The notes under the pieces are model-generated. The model was given only the letters and a program-made list of their open reading frames with translations, was not told the origin of the DNA and did not search any database. A program made the position numbers and the translations under genes. Shown in pieces: positions 14,401-26,362 of a stretch of 64,000 nucleotides of DNA (position 1 is its first letter; each line of letters opens with the position of its first letter). The stretch is from Styela clava (Eukaryota). The stretch is from the NCBI RefSeq assembly GCF_964204865.1, contig NC_135254.1, forward strand, positions 17,794,001 through 17,858,000, written 5' to 3'.

Positions 14401-17400
14401 CCATACGATTCAGAGTCCATGTATTTGAAACCATAAGTACACTATTTGCACTATACAACATAGGCTACATCAGTTGGTTTCAACTTTTTTGCTCGAACAG
14501 AACCCCAATGAAACATTCCAGAGGCTCGAGAAACCCCATGTGATTAATTAAACGTACATTTGTTATCAGAAAATATGCCAATTAGAAATGGGAAACAACA
14601 ATATGGTGCAGAACATCTGATGGTCTATAATGAAACATTAGTGAAACACACTTATCATAAGACTATATTATATTTGATTTGATTATATATAAACAATACA
14701 CATATGATAATATAGACCCTTGGAATTGAATGAAAACTTGTGTAATCCCCGGTCTGTACTGGCGGAACCACATGTGTTACTATTGTATCAAATATGCCTT
14801 CTTTCCTTTATTTTATATAACACAAAAGAGATCAAATCGAACTTTTGCTGACTATTAGTACTTACCGGTACATTGTTTTACGTATTTGTTTTTAGGAAAA
14901 CAAAAAATAAAATTAAAACAGGCAGTTATCAACTATAATTTCATTGGTCCCACTTTTCAAATATGATGAGAGTATAATGAAGAAAATCAAATGAACAATG
15001 AGGGTTTTAAACTTATAGATACAAACAGATACACAATGGACTTTCACAGTTCATGATAATGTAAACATCTTATCCAAATAAAGTCTATTATAAGTAACAC
15101 AAACCACCCTAGCAACGAAAGATACCCACTGATTGTATCATTATGAATATAGAGAATAGCAAAAGTGAAAATTGTTTGAATTTAATTCAAGGAGGCTACT
15201 AAACATATTGGATCATATATTATATACAGTATCTACTAAATTAATACTCAGTTTGTGAACATATACCTATCTATACATCACTCCTATCTTTTGTGGTAGG
15301 TCGGTAATATTGATTCGATTCAAATCAATTTAGACTAACCTCACAAACAAATTGGCTCTGGGTATCTCAGTTCTTGGATAGATTGCAAACTTTGCTTCAC
15401 CCATTCTTTCTGGTAGTTGAGATTTTCTTCCATCAGTAGGATATCGAAATACTTCAATAAATAAGTAGACATCATATTTGCCATCATTTTTGCAGAAGCC
15501 TGTAAAATAAAGTAAGATTATCGAATGAATATATCAAAGATTTGAGCCTAAATGGTTCAAAAAATATATCAATAGAAACCTTTTAGAGACATGGATTGGT
15601 AAGCAAACGAGAGGGCATGATTCGCAATATAATTAAGCCGTCTTATTCGCTTTTCTTTCCCCGGGATAAATATGTAAATTCCACACAAAACACTTTATTA
15701 GATGTTAGATTAGAATATTATCTATTAGAATATTGTAGGCTATATTAGACTTCGTCTTAGACAGTAGGTCCTTTCTCTTGTCTACTTCCTACTTCGGATT
15801 CGTATGTGACCATTGCCATAAGGATACTTACTGTAAGTGATACGATAAATAAGAATAACATGATCTCCTTCCACAAAATAGAAATACAGGATATATTCAC
15901 TTAATTGAGATATTGGGAATTATTTATTTAAGTTTTCTCTATAAGCGCCGAAGATTCAGAACCATTTGAAAATATTGTGAACATCTCAATATAACAAATC
16001 ACAATAAAATATGATTACCGGTATATCAAAATTCTGACATCATTTTGAAAAAAAGGAATAAAACCTTATGCCAAAAAATAATACTATGTGCTACATTGAA
16101 TATTGTAGAATATTGTAGGCTATATTAGACTTCGTCTTAGACAGTAGGTCCTTTCTCTTGTCTACTTCCTACTTCGGATTCGTATGTGACCATTGCCATA
16201 AGGATACTTACTGTAAGTGATACGATAAATAAGAATAACATGATCTCCTTCCACAAAATAGAAATACAGGATATATTCACTTAATTGAGATATTGGGAAT
16301 TATTTATTGAAGTTTTCTCTATAAGCGCCGAAGATTCAGAACCATTTGAAAATATTGTGAACATCTCAATATAACAAATCACAATAAAATATGATTACCG
16401 GTATATCAAATTTCTGACATCATTTTGAAAAAAAGGAATAAAACCTTATGCCAAAAAATAATACTATGTGCTACAAACAAGGCCCCATACAAGCAACATA
16501 ATGCGACAAATGTAGATTTCAATGAAAGATAATATACAGGCCTATGTATGAATTTTGCAGCATTTACACAAGCACCTTTTGGCAAATTGTATTTAAATTT
16601 GCTTTTCTCATATTTAACTGCATTGGAATCTTCAGACCATAAAACTGTATCAGTTGTTATTTGAGATCCAAGTTGCTGTACACCAGAATCATTTATATCC
16701 ACTGTCACCTGCAAAAAATTCAATATCAAATTATATTGTATAATGAAAAAAATTTTGCTATAATATAATAGTGTCATGATCTATCAAAACTTCACCTTGG
16801 GAAAGCAAAGAGTTCATCAGTAATCTTTCACAAGATTCGGATACTGGGCAGCGCGATGGTCTAGTGCTGTGGTTCCCAACTTTTCATAGCTTGTGGGCTG
16901 TGGCGCCCTTCCGGAGGATTTTAGCACCCCATGCATCCCCACCCCCTGGTTTATCATTCCAGTTGTATTTAAAGTGTTATTTTGATTGATAGATTCTAAA
17001 TCCCAAATAATGTTTAAATAATTCATGCTCAACACAGAGAAAATAATCTATTTTTAGCTTAGCATTGTGGTCCCACTTGGGGGCCACAGGACTCGGTTGG
17101 GAACAGCTGGCCCAGTGGTTGAGGCTCTAGACAACTTTGTTGGCATCATGACCCGATATGTTCAAGAATCATTAGGATGTAATAAATTAGGTAGCCAGGG
17201 CCGAACCAGAAATATACCAGGCCTTCCAAATAAAAGTAATTCATTACATATTGTGAAATATCAACAACTGATTGTATAGGGCCTTGCTCGGAGCTAACGA
17301 CGCGAATAAGCGTCACACCGACAAAAATTGGTCCAATTACATAGCCTGTAGTATTATAAGGCAATTATTTTTAATTGGGTGAAATGATAGCAGGTTTAAT

Positions 17401-19139
17401 TAAAGGCAAAATAGAGCTGTAGTCAGTCAAAATCAATCGTTTATTTGCGTCACAAAAAACAAATGCACATTGATTGGTACAGAAAAAAAATAAACTAATA
17501 ATGGTGATTGTGCGACAGGAGTCGCGAGGGACCTGGTTGGGTCTTTGAAGCAGCAACACCTACAGTGTTTTTACTGGTTTAGTGTAAAAAATAATAGATC
17601 GGGAAGCAGTTAGTGACACTATAAAGCTACAGGGGAGGTGACTCCTCTAGGCCCATGGGCCGGGGCCACCGCCTATCTAATTGGGCCACATTTTGTGGAA
17701 ATTGAGATTTTGGTAAGATAATTGAATTTTTCCTAATGGGGCCGTGGACCATCAAGCTATGGGCTACGCTAAGCCATTAAGAAATATTCAATTATTTTAC
17801 CAAAGTTCTCAATTTTTACAAAATTGTCAATATTCGAACCAAAAAAAAATCGCGGGATGCCACCAAATTTTTTTACGATAAGCCTTTATATAAAAATAAA
17901 GCAAAATACCAAGCTACAGAAAAGGATACTCCTGTTCCTGTAGTATGTGTACCAGGTCAGGGTTAGGACAAAATTTTGTTCAGGTTTTTCACATTATAGT
18001 TCTATTATGAGTTCGGGGACTGTCTGTGTTAGCCAAGTGAATAGTTTCTTTACACAACTTGATGGACCACGTCCCATAGCCTGATGAGCCGAAGCCCAAT
18101 TCGATGGGCCGTAGCCCCGGCCCATGGGCCATAGGGGAGTCACCACTTCCACTCCTATAAAGAGCTGGTGTGGATAATTCTGAGTACAATCTTGATTCCG
18201 TCTTTCTGCCACATGTGGCGGAGGGGGAACCATACGCTCGCCAAGGCATCATGCAGGGTCGAATCCTTACGGGATAACTATGTGCAAGAGGTTTGCTGGA
18301 CTCCTCGTCGCAGTGTGGTGGGTCACGTAACCCCTGGTCGGCTACTGCTTTTTCCGTCAACAAGGCCATGCATCCGAAACAAATGACTGGCTAACTAATC
18401 CAATACCCAACATGGACTGGTAACCGAACGCGAGGGTGTGGTTCAACGTAGGATTCTGTGATTAAAGAATTAGGCAGTTTTATTTGTCTTTCCTCTTCCC
18501 CGGGATAGCCTAAATACAGAAATATGTAAATTCTATTCTATCCACTATCCTTGTTTTATTGCCATATTACATCGAGTCCAGGAGTCTGGGCAATTTAATA
18601 TGGCTGTATGATTGTCTGGTTATGGTGTTGGGATTTTGCTACTCGCTGACGAGAGAGATTATTTAAAGTCAGAAAGTTGTATCTGGAAGACATGTCAGAA
18701 CGATAACTTGCTCCAGTCAGCAGGTCTGCCAGTCGCCTTGAAGTCATGCTGAAGTCCTGCTGTTTATTGCACTTTCTTATCTGAGGCGAAACCGATGCCA
18801 AATCACTGTACCATACATTACAGCTTTCAAGTTGACTCAGACCTGCAGACCCATGACGCCATGTAAATAAATCTGTAAATCCTGAAATCAATAATATTAT
18901 CTGAATACAGGAATATAGGCTAACTTATAGACTGATGAATACAATCGTACAAATACGGTAAATAAACAATTTCCAACAATGCAACCTACCTTCTGCATGA
19001 GATCAGTTCTATGTGCGTTTTGAACAGAGAGTTTAAGGAAAAATTTTCCATTTTTATTGAATTGAACTTTGAGAATTTCGAACTCAAATTCAAGAACTTT
19101 GTCTTCCAGTTTTACAGAAGTCCGCCCGCTACGTGCCAT
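8403..19139 (-). CDS. CCDC33: CCDC33-like protein (N-terminal C2-like region), ~336 aa as modelled
   Basis: Exons (minus): 19139-18990, 16708-16576, 15499-15340, 14108-13943, 13227-13134, 11501-11385, 9095-8941, and a tentative last exon 8438-8403; phases are all compatible. Peptides LEFEFEILKVQFNKNGKFFLKLSVQN, KSKFKYNLPKGFCKNDG, GEAKFAIYPR and YYKYSGVLTLLR...HCGRLSYIVAFH match the vertebrate CCDC33 N-terminus as I recall it. The 3' exons are less certain. Confidence 0.75.
9201..10027. mobile_element. Non-autonomous hAT (Charlie-like) element
   Basis: TIRs TAGGGATGGCAAACC / GGTTCGCCATCCCTG; flanks atatatat / gtatatat (7/8 TSD). Confidence 0.7.
10697..11256. mobile_element. Degenerate hAT-type MITE
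   Basis: CAGGGATG... / ...GGCACCCCTG termini; flanks ttctagac / ctctcgac (6/8 TSD). Confidence 0.5.
11570..11801. mobile_element. Palindromic (fold-back) MITE with GGTTAGGGTTAG motifs; recurrent family
   Basis: Long imperfect inverted arms (GTACTCCTGAAGTATGTGAACCAA ... TTGGTTCACATACTTCGGGAGTAC). Related copies at ~3440-3548, ~17925-18040 and several within ~38070-38620. Confidence 0.7.
12319..12627. mobile_element. hAT MITE, 309 bp
   Basis: Perfect 15-bp TIR CAGGGCTACTCAACT / AGTTGAGTAGCCCTG; perfect 8-bp TSD TTCTATAC (12311-18, 12628-35). Confidence 0.9.
12945..13108. repeat. Short tandem ~15-bp repeats (GGGTTCAAAT/GGTGCAAAT), probably the subterminal array of a DNA transposon
   Basis: Repeated gggttcaaat/ggtgcaa units plus gggttagggttag. 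Confidence 0.45.
15726..16475. repeat. Near-perfect tandem duplication, period 380 bp, in CCDC33-like intron 2
   Basis: 15726-16095 is repeated at 16106-16475; I saw only two substitutions. Confidence 0.9.
17630..18152. mobile_element. TIR element with GC-rich inverted ends and a nested palindromic-MITE fragment
   Basis: GGAGGTGACTCCTCTAGGCCCATGGGCCGGGG at left is inverted as CCCCGGCCCATGGGCCATAGGGGAGTCACC at right. Confidence 0.55.
18160..18545 (+). mobile_element. SINE, degenerate, same family as 50470-50750
   Basis: Degenerate B-box GGGTCGAATCC. The body motifs ACTGGCTAACTAATC and CCCGGGATA are shared with copies at 50470-50750 (-), ~4150-4345 (-) and ~15590-15680. Confidence 0.6.
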
Positions 19140-19329
19140 CCTGCTACAATATATCGTGCATTACAGATTACAACATACTGCAATTTATCACTTGTATTTC
19201 ATTTATGCATATTTTAGTATTCAAACCTCAAAATTAAACTAAAGCACCAGCTGTCAGGCTTGTCGCAAATGGGACAACAATATATGCAAGGGCTCTAAGA
19301 TTAGGCTATGGATCTATATTCAACTTCCT

Positions 19330-19401
19330 TGTTTACATCCTATTACTTGGCCAATCACCGATAAGTTCATACTGACGATTAAGTCATCAAAGTCAGCCAA
19401 T
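19330..19401. promoter_or_regulatory. Candidate proximal promoter of the CCDC33-like gene: forkhead-type TGTTTAC and two CCAAT boxes
   Basis: TGTTTAC 19330-36; CCAATCA at 19351 and 19397; 190-260 bp upstream of ATG 19139. Confidence 0.35.
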
Positions 19402-19721
19402 CACATTTCGTGGCGGCCCAAACAACGAGGCACAAATAATTATAATTTTGCTGATTATGATCATACTAATTATATACTATTTCTAATCAATATTGCTTCG
19501 TATTTTTCATTTCTAAGAAATTTAAATTGATATCACCAATTGCGGATATTAGGCATAAAACATTGGCCACAAATAATCTTTTATAATCATTATTTATATC
19601 TAGCATGACAGAATCTAATGGGTAGCATAATATGGCGATTCGCAAAATTTACGGTGAAACATAGCAGTTAACGTTACCGCACCTGCGAATATTAAGCAGT
19701 TAGAAATCCCATGGCCACAAC

Positions 19722-21633
19722 TAGGGTTGGATTATCCGGATAGCGGTTAACCGGATAACCGAGAGGTATTTTGCTATCTGATATCCGGATATTATTGTGA
19801 CTGTTAACCGGATAATAGAGCAGTATAAATAATGCATATGCTCATTAGTACTTTTTATATTTTTCTACTGACATCTCCCAGAGCATATAATAACAACTTC
19901 TATCCACACTACTCTGCCTATACTTTAGCCATTCATGGGATACTGGAGTGAACGTTACTATTACATCACAAAACACGCAGACCAAATGTGATTATTGCGT
20001 ATCTGCGTTATAGAAGAGCTCGACTTAGGTTAAAATAAAAGCACTTCTATTCTAGATATGAAAATACGTGGTGAGCTGCACGAAAAAATCCAATCCTAAT
20101 TTTGCGATCTTGCGAATTTATCAAATTTGAGCTATTATTGCAATTCCAATGAGTATAATTTATTTAGTACAATAAATGCATATATTAATTAGCTTATATA
20201 TCAACATATTCGGGAGAAAAGTCGGGTGCGGTCTCGTCGGTATATAACGCCATTAATTGTTTTATTTCTCCCGGAACTGAAATCGCCGTAGTATGTTATC
20301 CATCGTCGTATCTATCTATCATTAAAATAGTAAATCTGAAACACACATTTTTGACTGAAAATGAAGAAGTAAGTGCTAACGAAAATACCACGACCCTTGA
20401 TTTATGAGCAAGTGATAGATAAAACAAAACGCTATTCTAGGCGCTTTGAATCGCCAAAATGTCGTAATAATCGTATTTACTGAATTTGAGTAACAAGAGT
20501 AACTTTGCACGGGATGTAACTTCTTATTAAATTAAAACTGGCATGATGCGGATGTTAATTCCCCAAATAATCACGCGACGCGGAAGAAAACGATCGGCGA
20601 TTATAACAAAATTAGTGACGTTTTCGAACATTTTAAAAAGAGGAGGGGGAAGGGCTGTTATTACATTTATGGTTTTCATGGAACTTTCCCAAAAGATTTT
20701 GTTTGCGAGATGGTCTATAATATTTCAGCAAAGTTTAATTTGACAGACTCTGTCATTTACTCACCTAGGGTGAAAAGTGAAGTTGTTCAAAAACAGGTAC
20801 AGCATTGTTTTGGCTCTGTTAATTTAGTTTAAAAGTTATTCGAATGAAAATCGATTTTAAGTAGTGGACTAATTAGTACAAACGTGAGAATATTTACAGT
20901 GACATATCAAATAAGTGAAGTTTTCAAATTAGAAGAAATTTCTGACTAGTTCGGTTTTTCAAAATCATCATTTTCCTTTGTTATTAAAAATTTTGTTCAA
21001 ATTACTAATATTCCATATACACTTTCACGGACTTTTCCCCCCTATGTATTCTATTTTTTGATTTTTTGATACTTCTCTCACCGAAATAAAATATTCGAAA
21101 TGCATGATTTTGCAGGATCAGAAATTGTCATCGTGAATCTGCGACACTAAAATTTAGTACGAGTCAAAATTTAAAGAAAAGAGGCTCTAGTCTAGGCACA
21201 AAAAGAAACTTTTTAACTTTTTAAAAAAATTTAACTATAAAGTAAGAAAAAATATAAATCTTTACATATGATTTGAATAGGAGAAAATAACTTAGCAGTC
21301 GGGGAAAGACAATTAGGACACAGTATTTTTTGAAAATGTTTCATTTTATTATTCCGCTGTAAATCGGTACGATTACACGGCCGAAATTTTTATTTATTGA
21401 CACATGCAACATCAAAATGCACAATCATTCTTATTTAAGAAAAATAATACATATGTGCGTATTTAGAATAGAACTGTGTGGTGGTTTTTGGTCAATTCAC
21501 TGTAAAAATCTTGTGGAATAGATTCACTAAAATGAACAGTAACTATCCGGTTAACCGGATATTTAAAATACGGAATACCCGGATATATCCGTTATCCGGA
21601 TAGTGAAAATTATAGGTATCCGAACTAACCCTA
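19722..21633. mobile_element. Non-autonomous hAT (Ac/Tip100-like) element, 1912 bp
   Basis: Termini TAGGGTTGG / CTAACCCTA; perfect 8-bp TSD GCCACAAC (19714-21, 21634-41); clustered subterminal ATCCGG/CCGGAT motifs at both ends. The empty site is visible in a paralogous spacer (atggccactacctcagc, ~37947). Confidence 0.9.
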
Positions 21634-21949
21634 GCCACAACCTCAGCCAGTGTGTAATAAATTGGAGGCAATACCGAACTGGTAAGGTTTCCGTCCCTGA
21701 CCTGGCGGAGGCTACTTGTGTAAAGCCGTGTTCGCAACGAAAGGCGCATCAATTTGCCGTATGATACAAATATGTTGAATGGCAGTTTAATTAAAATTTC
21801 ACGAAAAATGATATATCCAGCAACTTATCAGAATCAGATGTGCGTGGAGTCGTAATTTTTGCAAACCAAATTTTGGTTAAAGACCTCGCATACATCATGT
21901 CAGGAAAGGGGTTACTGAAAGATTCCGTCTGAAGGGAATAATGGTTTAT

Positions 21950-22198
21950 CATTATTGGACACGTTTAGTGGACATAACGATCGTTTCAAAATTTTGTTGT
22001 TATTGTCATTTGTCTCCATCATTTTTAAAAAATTGCTTTTCTCTTCGAATACTGGACCAATTGCTTTCAAATTTTTAGTGCTTAAAGATAAAATTTTCTC
22101 CAGGAGGCTATTACTTTTTTTTTCGCTATGACGTCATCAAAATTATTGCCACTGGGTGGCGCTACGTGTCCATATATTTGAGCATAGCTCTCTTGTAT
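21950..22198. mobile_element. Interspersed repeat ending GCATAGCTCTCTTGT, possibly Helentron-associated (DINE-1/HINE-like)
   Basis: Homologous segments at ~6505-6740 (inverted) and ~50780-51300. The terminal CTCTCTTGTT resembles DINE-1-type ends; the family assignment is an inference. Confidence 0.45.
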
Positions 22199-22796
22199 TT
22201 CAGTAATCAGTAATCAGTAATTTATTTTTTCACCATTCCAAAGCACACAATGTGAATACACAATACAAGAAATAGGAAATATGGTACTTTAGGGTAAAGG
22301 GAGGCGCGAGACACCGAGACTGGTGATCGAGCAGCGACACCCATGACAAGTCTAACAGTATTAGATAAATAACAGTAATATATAAATCAAACAAACAATA
22401 AATATTAGAACAGGTTTACGTTAAAGTAAGTCGAGGCGACCTGGATATTTTATTTATTTCACATCAATATATAACATATTTTATGTCTTTTCATGCAATC
22501 GTTTAATTCATACAGTGCATTTCCTCTTTTATAAATTTGGTCACTGATATAAATAAATAAAAAATGCTCATAAGCAGGATTTTATGTTCTTTTAAATACT
22601 TATGATGGATATTTGGTATTTTTTGTTTCCTGAAAATGTTTTGAATCAACGAGCGTTACAGGTGCGCTGCCTGAAGACCTCTTGAGGTACCTCGCGACTC
22701 CTGTCACACAAGTTAAGGTGGTTTTCACTTTTTCATATACCGTAATATGTCCAAATTGTGTTGACAAATAAATGATGATTGGTAGATTGAATGATA

Positions 22797-23654
22797 CCGT
22801 GTTTCCCCGAAAATAAGACTGGGTTTCATTTCAATTTTCTTCCGAAAAATAACACTAGGGCTTTGTTTCGGGGTTGTCCTATATTTTTATTTATCACAAA
22901 CAATATTACAAAGTGTAGAATTACAAGGTTTTCAAATATATTTTACCTAAATACAAAATAGTAAAGCCGATATCCCTTCACTTATTTTTATTTAAAATAA
23001 CTGCAAAACATAGATTTATCAATCATTTAAAACGTGTAGGACAGACTCCTTGCTATCGACTAAATCAGGGGTCGGCAACCTTTTGTCGCTCGCGGGCCAA
23101 AATTCAGAGTTGCAAGTCATTGGCGGGCCGCACATATTTTTAGAAAGTTGAAAACCGAACGGATAATACTTTTTATAATAAAAATCAAGCAGTGATACAT
23201 CTCTCGAATAGAATATAGATTTATTTTCTCATTGCATTGCATCTCAAATATTTCCATTTGAATATTTTCGGCGCCATTGAACCCTTTGCACCCAGCATCA
23301 ACTTTTCTGAGTTTTGTTACCATTTGTCTAATTATATTTGAATTATAGGCTCATTAAACGAGTAATTGTGAATTCTATACTTATTAGGTAATAATATAAT
23401 TTAGTCTACACGTGTCTCACAATAGATTCTGTTACGTAAAGAATATAATCGTCAAAACAGTAGTTTTGTTACCCTAATTCAGTGGAGCGTCAGGGTCCGG
23501 ATTATATTACTCCGCGGGCCGACACCTGGACTAAATAAAAAAAATGCATCATTGAGTATGTCTTTTTTTAAGTGGAGGGCTCATATTAAAATCATTTTTA
23601 AAATTCAGGCTAGGTCTTATTTTGGGGTTAGGACTTATTTTCGGGGAAACACGT
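22797..23654. mobile_element. Tc1/mariner (pogo/Tigger-like) MITE
   Basis: TIR CCGTGTTTCCCCGAAAATAAG / CTTATTTTCGGGGAAACACGT flanked by TA on both sides. Confidence 0.85.
23066..23528. mobile_element. hAT MITE nested inside the Tc1/pogo MITE
   Basis: CAGGGGTCGGC / GCCGACACCTG termini; perfect TSD GACTAAAT (23058-65, 23529-36). Confidence 0.85.
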
Positions 23655-24418
23655 TAGTAAGAAATCAAAAATTCCAAAAAAAATCGATTTTATTTTATTG
23701 ATCCATAATTTGGTATGCGCAAATGTTATCTGCAAGTTATCGAGGAGAATTTTATGCGACTACTGCAGTCAGCTGTGATGAACATGGCAGATATCCACCG
23801 TGAGAATTTTTTTATTAGTCAGTGTGAGGCAATGGTTTTGTGTAAAGAAGGTCATCCATTTGAATTAAATCACAATGGTTTTCGATATTCTAGACAATTT
23901 CACGCGGTAATGTAAACAGTGGTGCTTGTATAAATTCAAGAGAGTTTCATTGATTGTATATATTCCACAATATATTCTACTTTGCGGGGAATTCCAAAAA
24001 ATATTGGTTGGCAGTTTGTAAAGTTGTTTCGACAAAAGCTCAAACATGGTCAATAAAAATACAAATTCTAGTAATATTGATATCTTTAAATAAACAACCT
24101 CCTCAAGTATAAAATAACAAAACAATTAATCTCGATGATTTGCAAAAGTTGCAAAGCAAATGTGATAAACTGTGATATCCAGCAATTTGTTTTAAAGAAA
24201 AAAACATTATGAGAAAAATACGTTGTCACCACACTGTATCATTTGAAAATTTTTACCTTTTGGCAATTGGTAAAGTTCTTCGAGGTAGGTAGTATTGCTG
24301 AATTAGTATTTTATTGAAGTGGTTCTGTATGAATATAAATTACTTGAATACTCCTGAAAATCCAGTTCTTTTAGGAGTAGGCTACTACTAAAAGTCCGCA
24401 CTCGATACATTAAATTCA

Positions 24419-24650
24419 GGTCAATTGGCAGATTAAGGTTCTCTATTATCCTGTTTGCAGTTTGATTTATCCCGTGCGAGGTGCCATCATTTACGTGTAA
24501 GCAAGCGCTGGTTGAGTACCTAACAAAAAATTAACAAACTTTTCAGTATCTGTTAAATGTTGGCCCGTTGCGTTGGAAAATCCCAACTTAACCTTTTTCT
24601 CTTTTTGTCATGCTGCAGCACAAACGGAAGCTAAGTCAGCCATTTTATAA
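24419..24650 (+). promoter_or_regulatory. Conserved collectin-like gene promoter block (copy A)
   Basis: GTTCTCTATTATCCTGTTTGCAGTTTGATTTATCC block, TTTACGTG, GGAAAATCCC at 24575-84 (reverse complement is the kB consensus GGGATTTTCC), ACGGAAG and TTTTATAA. Homologous blocks lie upstream of B, C and D, and the first block also lies upstream of E (46123-46178, -). Confidence 0.55.
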
Positions 24651-24744
24651 CTGAATTGAGTGTAGCGTCCTGGCATAACGATTCAAATTTCTGGTGAAGT
24701 TGATTATTACTGATAGAGCTGTATACGTTGCATATTGTGCTAAA

Positions 24745-26362
24745 ATGTGGCAAAGATTAATTTTCTTGAGCTTGCTATTTAGCGTGTTTTGTGAAACATG
24801 CCATGGTGAAAGGTCCGAAGACTCTCTTATATGTAAACGAGTAGACAACGATGCTGCCAATGTTTTAATCACGGGCCCTCAAGGTCCTCCCGGTTTTCCT
24901 GGCTTACCTGGACTGGATGGAATACCAGGACTTGATGGTCAACCTGGATTACGAGGAATGGACGTAGACCACAACAGATTGGTAATTTTGGTTGAGCAAA
25001 CTGTCGCGGAAGGTAAATTATGTGTTTGTTTAACGCTTATTAAGAATGTTTAGTAAACTACGAACTGTCTATTTATTGCGTTTTTAACAAGAGTCCATAA
25101 TCAATATATATGTACTAATTTATCCTTTGCTATTTCAATCGATCGTAGTTGAGTCACTTCAAAAAGACTACTTCAAAGTTCTTTTGACCGAACTTTCAAA
25201 ATAATAATATAAAATTACTACCAAAATGTGCTAAATATAGCCCGTGGCATCATAATATCGTTTAAGCATAATACCGAAATTACGCCCGAAAATGATTTTC
25301 GCCAAGAACGCTGTAGAGTAGGAGCTTGATTGATTTTTTCCATTTTGTAATAGAGTAAAAAGTATAGCCTACATCATAAGATATTGATACTTTGGTTTAG
25401 TTCATTTTCCCAAACTGCCACTGTAGGTGCAGAAAAACGTTCCTCCGATTAGTATTCTTGTTCGTTTTGATGGCCGTATGTTATAAAACTTTTTTATTTC
25501 GGTGAATAGATATTACTGAATTTTACTATAATGCTATCCGTCGCTTTATTATGTTTTTATGAATAAAAATTTTCCATTTCAGCTGTTCATGCGATGAAGA
25601 ATGTAAACCCACAGCCAGACTTCCGATGCGAGAATCTCAAAAACAAAGTCGTAGTCGATGGCAAATGTTTTTTCACTGTTTTGCCGGAGAATGAGGTCAA
25701 ATTTCTTGCAGCTGAGCAGCTGTGCACCGATAGAGGAGCAACACCAGCAAATATTTACGATCGCCATCAATTTGGCAAGATAATGAATTATCTTCATGAG
25801 ATAAGACAAACATTTTATCACGTATATCTTGGAATGGAATTTGATCCTGAGGTTAGTAGACATTTATGAAATCAACATATATATTGCCGATAATTCACCC
25901 ACATCATGTCATTTTCCTTCCAAAAATTGTTTCAAATTAACTAAAAAAGGGTATTGTTTGAGGTAACATTTAGCATATATATTTACAACTGTATTTCAGA
26001 TGAAAACCGCTATACATGTCATAATTGCAAACAACTTTCAATTAATATTAAAAATATGGAAAAACCTTCACTCAAATGGTTTGAGGGTTTCATATAATCT
26101 TTTAACATGCATTGTTTTACCTATGCATTGTAATATTTGACAGAATGACGACCTCACCTTCTATGACGGAAGTCCAGCTCAATACACAAGTTGGCGCTCC
26201 GGAGATCCCGTTAGACGTGTGGCGGATCCGGTGAAAATGACACGAGTGGCCATAAACGTTATGAGTGATAGCAACAACTCCGGTAATGGAATGTTGACCA
26301 CGGCTATGATTTGGCCTAAAACGGGAGTACTTTGCGAATCTGCAGTAGAAAGAGAGCCTTAA
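24745..26362 (+). CDS. Collectin-like secreted protein, copy A (251 aa)
   Basis: Exons 24745-25012, 25583-25851, 26144-26362 (intron phases 1, 0). Signal peptide [21 protein letters not shown]; 10 Gly-X-Y triplets; amphipathic neck; CTLD-like motifs DGKCF...AEQLC...GATPANI...VYLGM...YTSW...GVLCE. Confidence 0.9.

Noticed and set aside
18078-18110. CTGATGAG as a hammerhead ribozyme core
   Set aside because: No stem II followed by GAAA. It is a variant of the repeated GATGGGCCG motif in a transposon end.
24694-24744. N-terminal extensions of the collectin ORFs (MKLII…) in the ORF track
   Set aside because: They start at GTG/TTG, bacterial-style calls. The ATG directly preceding the signal peptide is the credible start.
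25612-25620. QPD tripeptide in copy A as a galactose-type lectin motif
   Set aside because: It lies in the neck-to-CTLD linker before the first Cys, not in the binding loop, and is not conserved in B, D or E.
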